Source: Nemertoderma westbladi
Lineage: Eukaryota > Animalia > Xenacoelomorpha
Direction: 5' to 3'
Assembly: GCA_032718475.1 (NCBI GenBank)
Contig: JAUCBJ010001350.1
Coordinates: 1-38,430 of the forward strand
DNA: 38,430 nt
Below are positions 1 through 10,354 of this stretch, in pieces (the first letter of the stretch is position 1; every line of letters starts with the position of its first letter). The position numbers were made by a program, and so were the translations under genes. The notes under the pieces are model-generated. The model was not told the origin of the DNA. It searched no databases and was given only the letters and a program-made list of their open reading frames with translations.

Positions 1-321
1 TGTTCTAATCTGATTTCGCACTGTCGTGTCGTTTAACCTTGTGAAATTGTATTGTACAACCAAGGCCTTCTAGAACTACAGTAATGCGTTATATCACAGT
101 TACTATGGAATTACTTAGCCAAGTAGTGTTGACGATATAGCGATTTAGATAGTGATGCACGCAACAATTTAATCTCTGTTGCCATGGCAACGAGATCGAT
201 GACCACCTATTTTTTTTTCAAAATTTTTATTCATGCATCGAGTACAATAGATTAAAGCAATAAAAAGAATGACTCGTGAAATCGGACATCTATCTGGTTC
301 CGTGTATATTTAGTATTCCAT

Positions 322-559
322 GTTCATCCCCACTTTACGAATCTTGTCTCAGTGGATAACAGTGATAGTGCTCCGCTCTCATTCGGTAAACTTTCTGTTA
401 ACAATCGCTAAATAGTGAAGAAATATATCACTAATACTAACTAACTACTATAATCGGCCTGCTGCATTGAAGCTGCACATTGCGATGCTATGCCGGCTTA
501 ACAAAAATAATGTCTGCCACCACCATGCCCAAATTCATCGTGCATTAAGAATGCTATGC
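322..559 (+). repeat. Left copy of a ~230-bp inverted repeat, partner at 17008-17234
   Basis: The stretch gttcatcccca...atcttgtctcagtggataa...aaactttctgttaacaatcgctaaatagtgaagaaata...ctactataatcggcct...tgcattaagaatgctatgc is the gapped reverse complement of 17008-17234. Confidence 0.8.
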
Positions 560-849
560 CGGCTTATCAACAAAATTGCACCGCCACAACCTCCTATCTC
601 CCCCCCCCCCCCCCCCCCATGACTATTGCGAAAGTCATCAAAAAAGGGTCTCAGCCCATTTTTCATAGTCCCTTCCCTTGGACTGAAGAAATAATGAAGA
701 CTGAAGAACAAAGACTGAAGAATGAAGTCTGAAGGACGAAGCCTCCTTGGTTCTTTTCGTTTCTTGGAGCCTTCGCCTAGGCCCCCTTCCTTGTTGGACC
801 CTTTCTTCTTGGTCACCCAATGTAAACTGTAAACATTTTATAAACATAG

Positions 850-2016
850 TGTTCGTGCTTTTAGACCTTTAGCAGTTTAACCTGCCAAATTTAAATGTCT
901 TCTAGATTATAAATCGACTTTAGCCTATGACGAGTATTTGTTACACTACATTAGCCGAAGCCAGTCTATGCGCGACCATTCACCCGCTGGATATACCCGG
1001 GAGACTGGATTCGGAGGCTTGACCTTATTGGGGCATAGGCCTACTGTATTATTCGACTGATCGTTAAGATATAATTTCTGACCAATATTATTCACTTTCG
1101 GGAAATATTAACAGTTCCTTTAGGACGTGGCTCTCTAAATATGTAAACAGAGTTATGACTTACACTAGACACAACGGGATGGCTATGGATTCACGTATAA
1201 AGCGCATTCTTTAGGAGATGCTTTGTTATCAATCACAATCATGCACACTACTGCACAATGCTGCACACCGATCTGCCGACCTTCACTAAATTTAGTCACA
1301 TATAAAGAGAACAACGACCGATACATGTAGTGCCTATGAAATAGCATTAGATTCACTTCAAAACCACTTTAATGTAAGTCGCAATCGTTATATGTAACCG
1401 GTCTCTCTTACCTTCAGTATATCAAGAAGATTGAGGGTTTTATAATTATTTATCGATATTCCAAATATAATAATATTCCATCAACTGATATAATTAATGA
1501 CCGACAGTAAATAGCAGTAAAAATGCGGTGTTTGTAGTTGACAATATGATTTGCATTGATTAGTTTGTTTGATAACAGATATACGTTTCGATGATCAAGC
1601 CTACTAATGTTTGGTTAAAGCCTGAAACCACAGATATTCCAAAGCCGGTCTTCTGGCATCAGGAAAAAAGGTAAACATAAACAGTAATGCATTGCGCGAT
1701 TTCCCGGAGGTTTCTGTACAAAAAACAGGAGAATCGCTGTGATTGGTTGTCCGAACAAAGAGACAAAGGAAAAGCTACACGTGTACAGATCAGCTGTTAG
1801 CCGTCGTCATAGTAACTACACTGTGTCAAGAGGATTTTAGCGTATTGCGACATAAAATTGCTAGTTATGTCCGCTAAAGTACACATACAGAAGAAATGGC
1901 TTTTTATGTCCACTAAAACACCGGTACAGTAAGGAAACGGCTTTTTATGTCCGTTAAACCAACTACAGAGTACTTTGCGGGGAAAATAACCAGCTAATTC
2001 CGCAAAAGCTTTTACA
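850..2016 (-). repeat. 3' LTR (1167 bp)
   Basis: Near-identical to 15319-16487: about 13 substitutions plus one small indel by manual comparison. Reads TGTAAAAGC...GAACA on the minus strand. Confidence 0.96.
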
Positions 2017-2024
2017 CCGCTCCC
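2017..2024 (-). promoter_or_regulatory. Polypurine tract (plus-strand priming site)
   Basis: GGGAGCGG on the minus strand immediately precedes the TG of the 3' LTR. Confidence 0.7.
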
Positions 2025-2094
2025 AGAAAATGGGATTTAATTCTATAAAATATAAAAAATCACAGTTTCTAAAATATAAAAATACTCTAAACAG

Positions 2095-3792
2095 TTAGTC
2101 TTTCTTACGCGGACGGCGTTTACGCAGTTTTTTGAGGCTAGCAAGAGTCCTTTTCTCTTTGGGGCGAGCCACTTTACTAGGAGGGCTGTAACTCCTGGGT
2201 GAAGGGTGCAATACAATTGCATCAGAAGGTTTAGGATTACGATCGGTGTATCCGCCGGTCGAGGTACCTGGTTGATCGATATCAACTTCAGTGGAGCGAG
2301 GTCTAACGGCCTTTAGGGCGCGTCTTAGGACAGCAGCTCCTACTGGTCCCTGACGAGTCGTCTGGACAATAGCGGTAGGTGGACCGTGAGTGGTGAGAAA
2401 CTTCCTCGGTTTAATGGTTCTTTCCAGCTCGCGTTCTCTGGCTCGATATTCGTAGGGCCGTCGAGATACTTCCTGTAACTCAGGGTGCGAGTTGATAAAT
2501 AAATCGCCATACTCAGGGTCTTGACGGATGAAATTGATCAAATGATATGAATTAATATCGTTAGGATTGACGTTCCTGAGATATTTTCGAACAAATTTGG
2601 TGGAAATACACTCACCAACACGCTTCATTAGTTCATAACTCGGTGTGCGTGTTTTTTGTTCAACAGACGCGAATAGATAAGGATGGAACGCGTAAACTCC
2701 CTCGTAGGCGCGTCCAGGGTAATAGCGATGGCGTGACTCACAATGCAAATCCGCGTTCGCTTCCCAAGCTCGGATGTAGCGCAGGGTAATCAACTCATCT
2801 ACGCTTTCCAAATCGCGGTTAAAAGGGCAATTAAAACTGGCATGTCCTTTAAGTTGACAGTGGTGGCATTGAGTCATAAATTGGGGGCAGACTGCAAAAA
2901 TGTGCGAGTTATTAAGTCTGCAATACGCACAATAGATCTCCATCATCGGTTGTTCATGGAAATAGGAGCAGGGTACGTCTGAGTCCATAGGGGTGAAATG
3001 ATCTCTCGATGCGCATAATCGGCAACGTTTTCGAGAAACATAGTTGGCGTGCCGATAATCGTATGCGGTGAGACATTGTGGACCTTGATACCATTCCAAG
3101 ACGTAGTCGTTATCGCTGCTCCGGGGCGCTGTAGGCTGAATCTCCTCAGATTCTAAGCATATTGGTTCGTCCTCCAATTGCATAGCTGAGATAGGTGCGG
3201 CTGTCTCCGCAAGCGAACCCACTGTCTGAACTTCCACGACAGAATAACCCGTGGGTATTCGAGGTCTTTGTATAACAGATGAATGTAAGTTCTGTATACA
3301 AACGTCCTTGAAAAGGGCGAATCCCGCGCTGTCTAACTTCTCCGCAGCTGAGTCTCTTAGGCTGAGTTTGGTCAGAGCGCGGTCCTTGAACTGACTATCA
3401 ACGTTACGGAACGGAGTCAGAAAGCGCCTGAAACATTCGAAGCGGATGAATTTATTGTGTTCATCTAGCTTGGCGAGTTTGGTTCCAAGTATTAAGGGAT
3501 GGGCGCGTATGGTACGACTGCACACATCGGCTAGCCAACCGGCAAGTGCGGCGTTTTCAAAGATCGTGTATATAGCTAAGGAGGGACGAAGTGGAACACT
3601 CATAAAGCTATACACGGCGCCAGGTGCGGTCAATGGTCCGTCAAAGTATAATCGAGAATAATGATCTCCATATACTTGTTGATAGTTAATAGGATTTCCA
3701 ACCTTGAAATTCCATCCGTATTCTTGAAAGGCAAGATGTCCGATGGAGGTTCGTTGTACTTTAGTAATGCCGCTGGGTGTATTTGCGTACAT
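2095..3792 (-). CDS. Extra ORF of the BEL element (565 aa): Cys/His zinc-knuckle cluster and basic C-terminal tail, function unknown
   Basis: Uninterrupted ORF (frame open from 3927) in the same sense as gag-pol, ending ~70 bp before the PPT. Motifs CRLCASRDH, CAYCRLNNSHIFAVC, CHHCQLKGHASFNC; C-terminus KKLRKRRPRKKD. Confidence 0.8.
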   Translation of the reverse strand: MYANTPSGITKVQRTSIGHLAFQEYGWNFKVGNPINYQQVYGDHYSRLYFDGPLTAPGAVYSFMSVPLRPSLAIYTIFENAALAGWLADVCSRTIRAHPLILGTKLAKLDEHNKFIRFECFRRFLTPFRNVDSQFKDRALTKLSLRDSAAEKLDSAGFALFKDVCIQNLHSSVIQRPRIPTGYSVVEVQTVGSLAETAAPISAMQLEDEPICLESEEIQPTAPRSSDNDYVLEWYQGPQCLTAYDYRHANYVSRKRCRLCASRDHFTPMDSDVPCSYFHEQPMMEIYCAYCRLNNSHIFAVCPQFMTQCHHCQLKGHASFNCPFNRDLESVDELITLRYIRAWEANADLHCESRHRYYPGRAYEGVYAFHPYLFASVEQKTRTPSYELMKRVGECISTKFVRKYLRNVNPNDINSYHLINFIRQDPEYGDLFINSHPELQEVSRRPYEYRARERELERTIKPRKFLTTHGPPTAIVQTTRQGPVGAAVLRRALKAVRPRSTEVDIDQPGTSTGGYTDRNPKPSDAIVLHPSPRSYSPPSKVARPKEKRTLASLKKLRKRRPRKKD

Positions 3793-4716
3793 AGTGCGGA
3801 AGAAACCTCGGCCTTCTGCCCAGGGAGCAATCAGCTGAGTATCAACGAAAGGGTATGGAATGTTTCTCCATGTTCCCGTTGTATGCCTAATATGTTCTCC
3901 GACAGCGATGGTAGAGCAGAGGAAAAACTATTTCGCATTCTGAAATATTCAGAAATACGATCTCAGTAGGAGGATTGTATCATTCGATGACTATCTCCAA
4001 ATGAATTTATCCCCAGGGATTAGGGGGGGTGAACAACCAGATTTATGACACATAATGGTACCAGTTGTTCACAAACTATCCGCGTGTCCTTTCAGTCCTT
4101 GTATCACAGTTGTGGACTTAAGGAAATTATTGATGGTTGATTTTCTAATCAACAACGAGAGGGTGGAAGTTGATATCATAAATATCAACAGAATGTGACA
4201 TGGATAGGAGGTGCGGACACCAATATAAGCATCCAGATTAATAGTAAGGGATGGGAGGTTTAGTAAGAGGCAGTATGATCAATACCATGATACGGCAATG
4301 ATTGGTCGATCGTTTCCCAAAGCTCCGAGCGCGTTGGGAAGAGAAGGTGGGACGAAATATGTTGTATTTTCAATAGCGATGTATAGAGGGATAAGGGTAG
4401 TAAAGAGGAGGAAGGATATATGGTAGTATCTGTAAGATACCACGATGGACTTGTTTTCTGTTATGTCACCAATTATTCTTGCTCTTCAATTGCGACACTG
4501 ATCACAATAATTACAGGAAGATGATGAAATAAGAGAAAATTACAGCCTCCCGAAGGAGACCGCCCACGAGCACCCGTGCCCCGGGGAAAATTATTCACAT
4601 TATGGACCCTGGACATCAACGTATGTCTTTTCTCCAGTAGTTCTCCTCTACTTGTCTTTACAAACCTTCTTCCACATTCCATCTTTCGAGTCGGTTTCGA
4701 ATAGAATTCTCGTGTT

Positions 4717-5055
4717 CTATTCTCGGTTTATCGTTCCGACTCCGCTGGGTATGATATTTAAATAAACCATTTCCCTTTTGGTGTCTACATCGTCCGTTTC
4801 ATGTAAATCGATAGGATGACCAGTAGTTAAGAAGTCCATATACGTACCATTACGATGCGTATAGCGAGCGGTTAATTTTCTATAGTCCAATTCACGCGTA
4901 AGTTGCTCCTGGGACATTGGCGGTTCGATATAACGACCATCGTCCTCCGTAGTAGTTGGACCAGCGTCGCCGCGTATCAAGCTATCGACAAACGCTTGTA
5001 AAGGTAGAGTATATCGCTCCCTGATACCAAGATCATCTTCTATCAACTCCATCAT
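4717..5055 (-). CDS. Small hypothetical ORF (112 aa) in the BEL 3' region
   Basis: ATG-started ORF with protein-like composition in a relatively GC-rich block upstream of the 565-aa ORF; no recognisable motif. Confidence 0.3.
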   Translation of the reverse strand: MMELIEDDLGIRERYTLPLQAFVDSLIRGDAGPTTTEDDGRYIEPPMSQEQLTRELDYRKLTARYTHRNGTYMDFLTTGHPIDLHETDDVDTKREMVYLNIIPSGVGTINRE

Positions 5056-5875
5056 ATCTGCTATATGAGTTTATCAATATTATAACGAGTTTATATTTAG
5101 GCTAGCGGGCGTCGCTGCCTACCCCTCTCTGCCCCCGGACAGTGCAAGATCCTCAGCGCCGATGTACCGTCGTCGCTGTGTTTTCGCCAACATCGTAGCT
5201 ACACAACGACAACGATAACCGGCACAAGTCACTCCACTGTCCGTCCCAAAGGCTTAGATTTACTTCAGGTTCTTGCTGCAGAGTTAGGGCTACTTTCACA
5301 ATTGCGACTCGCTACTGTAAACACACCTTAGTAGTAACATTCACATATAAACGCACAAATTCCACACAACTGTCACAAATTATACACATTCGGGCCATTT
5401 GTCCGTTAGTCAAGTGCCTTCCAGAATGTCACGTTATTATTATGTATCCTTGGATACTAGCAGTGTGCTATATGTTCCCTATGCTATTCAATGGGGTAAG
5501 CTTTCTAGTGTTCTTTTAGCTCACTTCTAATTCTAGCGTGGTTGTTGCTATGGTGACATTATGGAAAGCTAGCGGTAGAATTAGGGTAATTCGCATGCAT
5601 ACAGATCTGAGATGCTATTTAATAGTAATTCTTTAATTGTCAATATTCCTCTTTATACATGATTTTATGAATTTTATCGGCTATTGACTATATATTGGAG
5701 ATTCTCGCACACTAATACACTTAATAGAGTGAATGTCCGCTCCCATGATCTATTAATTAATGGAATTTTGGGAATGTTATAAATTGTATAAAAATGTCAA
5801 TTTATCAAATTCATTAAAATATGAATTTAAATTTATTCCCGTAAATTTTATTATTTAATATTAAATAGGCACAAT

Positions 5876-6140
5876 TTTATTCCAGAACATGTCTGGGGAC
5901 TAGGATCCTTGATTCTAGGAAATTGGTCTTTTTAAGAATATCGGTAAGTGCTACGATATCTTAATAGACTAGAATTTTAAAGGACCTAAAATTTGACAGA
6001 TTTTGTAAATATTAATAATTAATATTTAGGATGGGCACCAGTTTATTCCAGAACTTGTCTGGGGACGTTAACCACTGATTGTAGAATTTGTCTTTCAAGT
6101 ATATCGGTGGGTGCCGCGATATCTTAATCGACTAGAATTG
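5876..6140. repeat. Two diverged ~100-bp direct repeats (period ~167 bp) in the BEL 3' non-coding region
   Basis: tttattccagaac(a/t)tgtctggggac...tatcggt...cgatatcttaat(a/c)gactagaatt occurs at ~5876 and ~6043. Confidence 0.8.
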
Positions 6141-6712
6141 CAGATGGTCAAAGGGTTTAACAGATTTATTTGCGTTATACGCTACTGTTAAAGGGACATC
6201 ACGCTACTATATGTATTATTTAATATACGGTATGAGAGCAATATCGCACGAAGCAATGTCAGTGAGAAGAGGCAAGTCGTTTCCAAGGTCTACCCAGAGC
6301 TTGGTTTAGCCGAGACACGAGGATCTGAATTTTGCATTCCTAATACTCTACTTTACCAATAATACTTGAATATAGTAGGAGCTTTATTGTACTTTAATAA
6401 GTACGAAGATTTCATCTTACTGTAATTACGTATTTGTAATATAATACGGACAGTAAGGAAAGAGAAAGATAATTATTTCTCGCCGTCGCTGTAAATATAT
6501 AATATATAAGTAATTAAGTAATAAACGCGAATATATATTGCACTAATCTACTAGATAATCGCTAAAATAACATTCTACTAAATAAAATTAAAGAAAACGA
6601 TTATAATAAAATTACATAATAATACTTACATAAATACAAAATAATAAAACAAATATAAAATATAGTCACACACCCACTCCAGCCGTTGTTAAGTTGGGGA
6701 GTCCCTAGATGT

Positions 6713-7020
6713 TTATTGGATTAGGGAGGTGGTCGTGGGAAGGGTATCTTGCCTTCCATAGTTTCCGGAGAGTTCTCTGTCTCTTTCCAGTAAACATAAA
6801 CGACCAACTGGGCGATTGAGCTAGATTTTGGATCCAAAGCGTCGTCTCCGGAAGTGTATAATACAGACAGATCTACTACGGGCTTAAATAACTTCGATTT
6901 ACTCGCCTGAGTTTTAGGTTTGACTTTCTCCGCTCCCTTGGCCTGTCTAATTTCTGCCGTAGTAAGATGAGGAGGCCATTCATCCTCTTCCTTCTTGCTT
7001 AGGAAGTCAGGTCCACCTAA
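6713..7020 (-). pseudogene. Pol continuation after the nonsense codon, fused to the extreme C-terminus of BEL integrase
   Basis: After the TAG at 7023-7021 the frame reads LGGPDFLSKKEEDEWP, matching the BEL W.GP.FL...WP motif, so the TAG is probably a mutated TGG. From 6820 another frame reads LNRPVGRLCLLE, the typical last motif of BEL integrase. No HHCC or DDE core lies between them. Confidence 0.8.
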
Positions 7021-9606
7021 CTAGTCTGGAGTATCTATCAGTTCTTGTGGAGTTGCTCCCCTGGAGGCGATGTCTGCTGGATTAATCGTTCCAGGGCAAT
7101 GTCTCCATTGATCCATCTTCGTGCGACTAAGTATAATGGCTACTCTGTTGGTAACGAAGACGCTGAACTGACAGACTTCATTGGTTATATACTCCAACAC
7201 GAGTAAAGCATCGGTCCAATAGACAGTTTTCTCCAGTGGATAGTCGATCTGTTCTGTTACATTCCGGCCGATGGCTGTAGCGTATAGAGCCGCTTTTAAC
7301 TCCGCTCGAGGAACTTTCAACTTGTTGTTTATTAAGGCCTTAGAGGTAACCAAGGCGACTTTGATTCCATCCGGAGTTTCAACTCTCAGGTAGGCTACTA
7401 TACCTATTCCCATATCGCTGGCGTCTCCAAACACACGGAGTTGATAGGAATACGTAGGGAGAACATGACCAAAATATGAACGGGAAATTATAAAGTTCTC
7501 GATGGCTGGTAGAGAATCTTCCCATTTCATCCACTTCTTTAATAATTCTCCCTTAAGTGGATCGTCCCATGAGTGGTTTTTAAGCCACATTTGTTGTACT
7601 AAACTCCGAGCAATCAATATAACTGGGCTAATAAATCCCAATGGATCGAAATAAGTGCTCAGGATACTTAAACAAATCCGTTTAGTCCGAACTGGATTAT
7701 CTCTCTGTTTTAGCTGGAAAAACAGGATATCTCTCTCTGTGTCCCATTTCAAACCAAGTGTCTTGGTTTCTGGAAGATCATCTTTGATTAGGTCTAGGTC
7801 TTTCGCTCCTCGATCTTCTATCGGGATCGATTCCAGAAACTCACGGGAGTTGCTGGTGAATTTAGTTAATCGAAATCCACCTCTTTTTAAGCACTCTACC
7901 ATTCCTTTGGCGACATCAATGGCTTCCTCCACAGATGGAAGGGACTTTAGATTGTCGTCCATGTATATATCTCGTTTGATGTTGTCGATCACCTCTTTTG
8001 AGAAGGCGTCCCGGTTGTCATCAGCAGTGGTGCGCACCACTGAGCAGGCGTTTGAAGGGCTTGAGATGATCCCAAAAGCCTGGATGGTCATCCAATACTC
8101 CACCGGTTTCTGGTTGAGGTCTCCTTCAGGCCACCACAGAAATCGTAGGCTGTCTCGATCCCTATCCAGTGCCTTGACTTGTAAGAACATGCCTTCTATA
8201 TCGGAGGCGAAAGCGATTGAATATTGTCGTAATCTTAAGAGTATTCCCAACAAGGACTGAAGCAAGTTGGGTCCTGGTAGCAACTCGGAATTAAGGGATT
8301 GGCCCATGTAGAGGGCGGAGCCGTCGAATACTACTCGTACCTCATGAGGTTTACCGGGTTTGGGAACGTAATGATGTGTTAAATAGTACGTTCTTTCAGT
8401 TAGGGGTGTTCCTTCCGGTACTCGCTCCGCATATCCCTTATTAATAAATTTCTTCAACTGAGTCTGATACAATTCTTTAGCTGAAGCATTTGCCGTAAGG
8501 CATCGATGTAGTTGAGCAATTCTTTTCTCCGCCAAGGGTCGGTTGTTTAGGAATTTTGGTTCTCGCTTTCGGAATGGGAGACCGATTTCATATCTACCTT
8601 GATCTTTAAGAAAACGTGTAGTTGTCTCCTGGATCTGCTTGGCTCTTTCTTCTTCTACCGATAGGGCCTTATCGTAGGAATTGGGCTCCACAGCCTCTTG
8701 AGTAAAGAATCGTACGGCGTGTTCATCTCGAGTTTTCGCGTTATATCTCTCGATTACGTCATTCAGCTCGTCGTTATAGTTGACCTGTCCTGATGGACGA
8801 ATGACTTGACATAGGTTCACTTGGTTTTGCCAAGTCTCGTTTTCCGTAAGGATATCGATTGTATTCTCTTCGTCGAAGAGCTGATGGATATCGTCATTAT
8901 CTGAGGAGTATGGTTTTCCCTCAGTTGGGTTGTCAACTTCACTGCTCTCCACTTCCCATTCACTTAATTGATATACCCGTTCTTGTGGTAATCTTTCCAT
9001 TAGAGTTCTCCATGAAGGGCCAGTAAAGTACCAACCTACTCTAGTTCTTCCCTCTAGTTGAGCAGGCCGTTTCTCTAATGTCTCAAGCACTTCATGCGCA
9101 TTTTGGCCGATGAGTATTTGCACTCCAGGGTAATCTGTGTTGAATCTAGGTATATTAAGCTGCTGGGTGGAATCGTCCGCATCCCAGTTATAAGGTTCTA
9201 CTTGGCTGGTAGCGAAGTTCTTTATTGCCACCATTTTTACTGACCTTATACTATGCTCTCCTAATTCATCCTGGGGGGTGGACAACGCTCCTACATAATA
9301 ATCAGCTATTACTGTAGATTTCCAAACCTGCATAATTCCTGACATGTTTAACTTAGTTCGGAACTTGGGTTGTCCAGCAAAGATGTCTTCGGCTAGTTCT
9401 TTGTCGATGAATGTTCCTGTGCTACCGGAGTCAAGGAGGGCGTTCACTATATAACTCCTTTTAGGTCCGTGGACCCTTAACTGCACTACTGGAAATTCTC
9501 GGATTCCTACATTGGTAGTTGGTACTTTCCAAGATGGTTGTCGGTCAGAAGTAGTTAGGGGGAGCTCGCTGTCTGTGTCTTTTTCATATGTAAGTGCTCG
9601 ATACAC
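7021..9606 (-). pseudogene. pol: BEL/Pao pol: aspartic protease, reverse transcriptase, RNase H
   Basis: ALLDSGS (protease); YYLTHHYV..KP..VRVVFDGSA, SLNSELLPGPNL, DIEGMFLQV, YMDD (Pao-type RT); VFGDASD, PRAELKAA, WTD, NPADIASRG (Pao RNase H). Confidence 0.95.
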
Positions 9607-9617
9607 TGCAGTATTTA

Positions 9618-10352
9618 TCAGGTAACAGGATTCATCTTCGTCGTATAGAATCCTTCCATCTCAGAACTTTGGTCTGTGTCGTTCACATCACTGAATTGGA
9701 CATGTAGTTCGGAATCACTTACCTGACTCGGGCTGTTTCGTTCGAATTCAGTGTGCAACAAGAGATGATGTTTTGCGCCATACTTCGCACACCTTGTGTC
9801 GGAGTAACAGGTTCGCCTTTGGTGTCCTTGTCTGAGGCAATTATAACACAACCGCTTATCCCACATGACTTCCCGTCTATCCTGTAATGATTTCTTTAGT
9901 AATTCATCATCACACACATTCAAACGGTGGGTCCCGTCACATAGCGCACATTTCGGTTTGATATTACTTATCTTATTTTGAGTAACGTTGTGCACACTCA
10001 TTCTTTCTTCGGGCTTTCTTACCTGAATTCTCTTAGGAGACGTAGGAGGAGTTTTTCTTACCTGTTCTCTCCTGTCATTGGTTCGAGACTTGAATTTACT
10101 TACATCTTTAGGAGTTTTATTGACATAATAAGATCTTTCAGTGTCTCTCCCGCTGTCTTCTTCTTGAGAAGCTTGGCTTTCGCCGTCGTCGGTATAACAT
10201 ACTGATGTTACCTTTCTCCTAGAAACGGGTTTCTCACTTACCTTGTTTTCTGGTGTCTTCTCTCTGGACTGCTTTAGGAGCTGTAATTTCACTTCTCCAT
10301 CTAAGAATGACATGAGATCAGCCATGGTCGGGTCTCGTCGTTGTTGTTCCAT
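9618..10352 (-). pseudogene. gag: BEL gag C-terminal part with three zinc knuckles
   Basis: CALCDGTHRLNVC, CYNCLRQGHQRRTC, CAKYGAKHHLLLH. Offset by -1 from the upstream ORF; pol is offset by a further -1. Confidence 0.9.
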
Positions 10353-10354
10353 GA

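Noticed and set aside
535-847. Two short minus-strand ORFs next to the 3' LTR
   Set aside because: Low-complexity, overlap a poly-C run and the inverted repeat, and have no motifs.
2095-3792. env gene
   Set aside because: The position fits, but no signal peptide or transmembrane helix is evident; it has zinc knuckles and a basic tail instead.
7655-8260. 201-aa plus-strand ORF and other plus-strand ORFs within gag-pol
   Set aside because: Antisense shadows of the retrotransposon coding strand, with no motifs.
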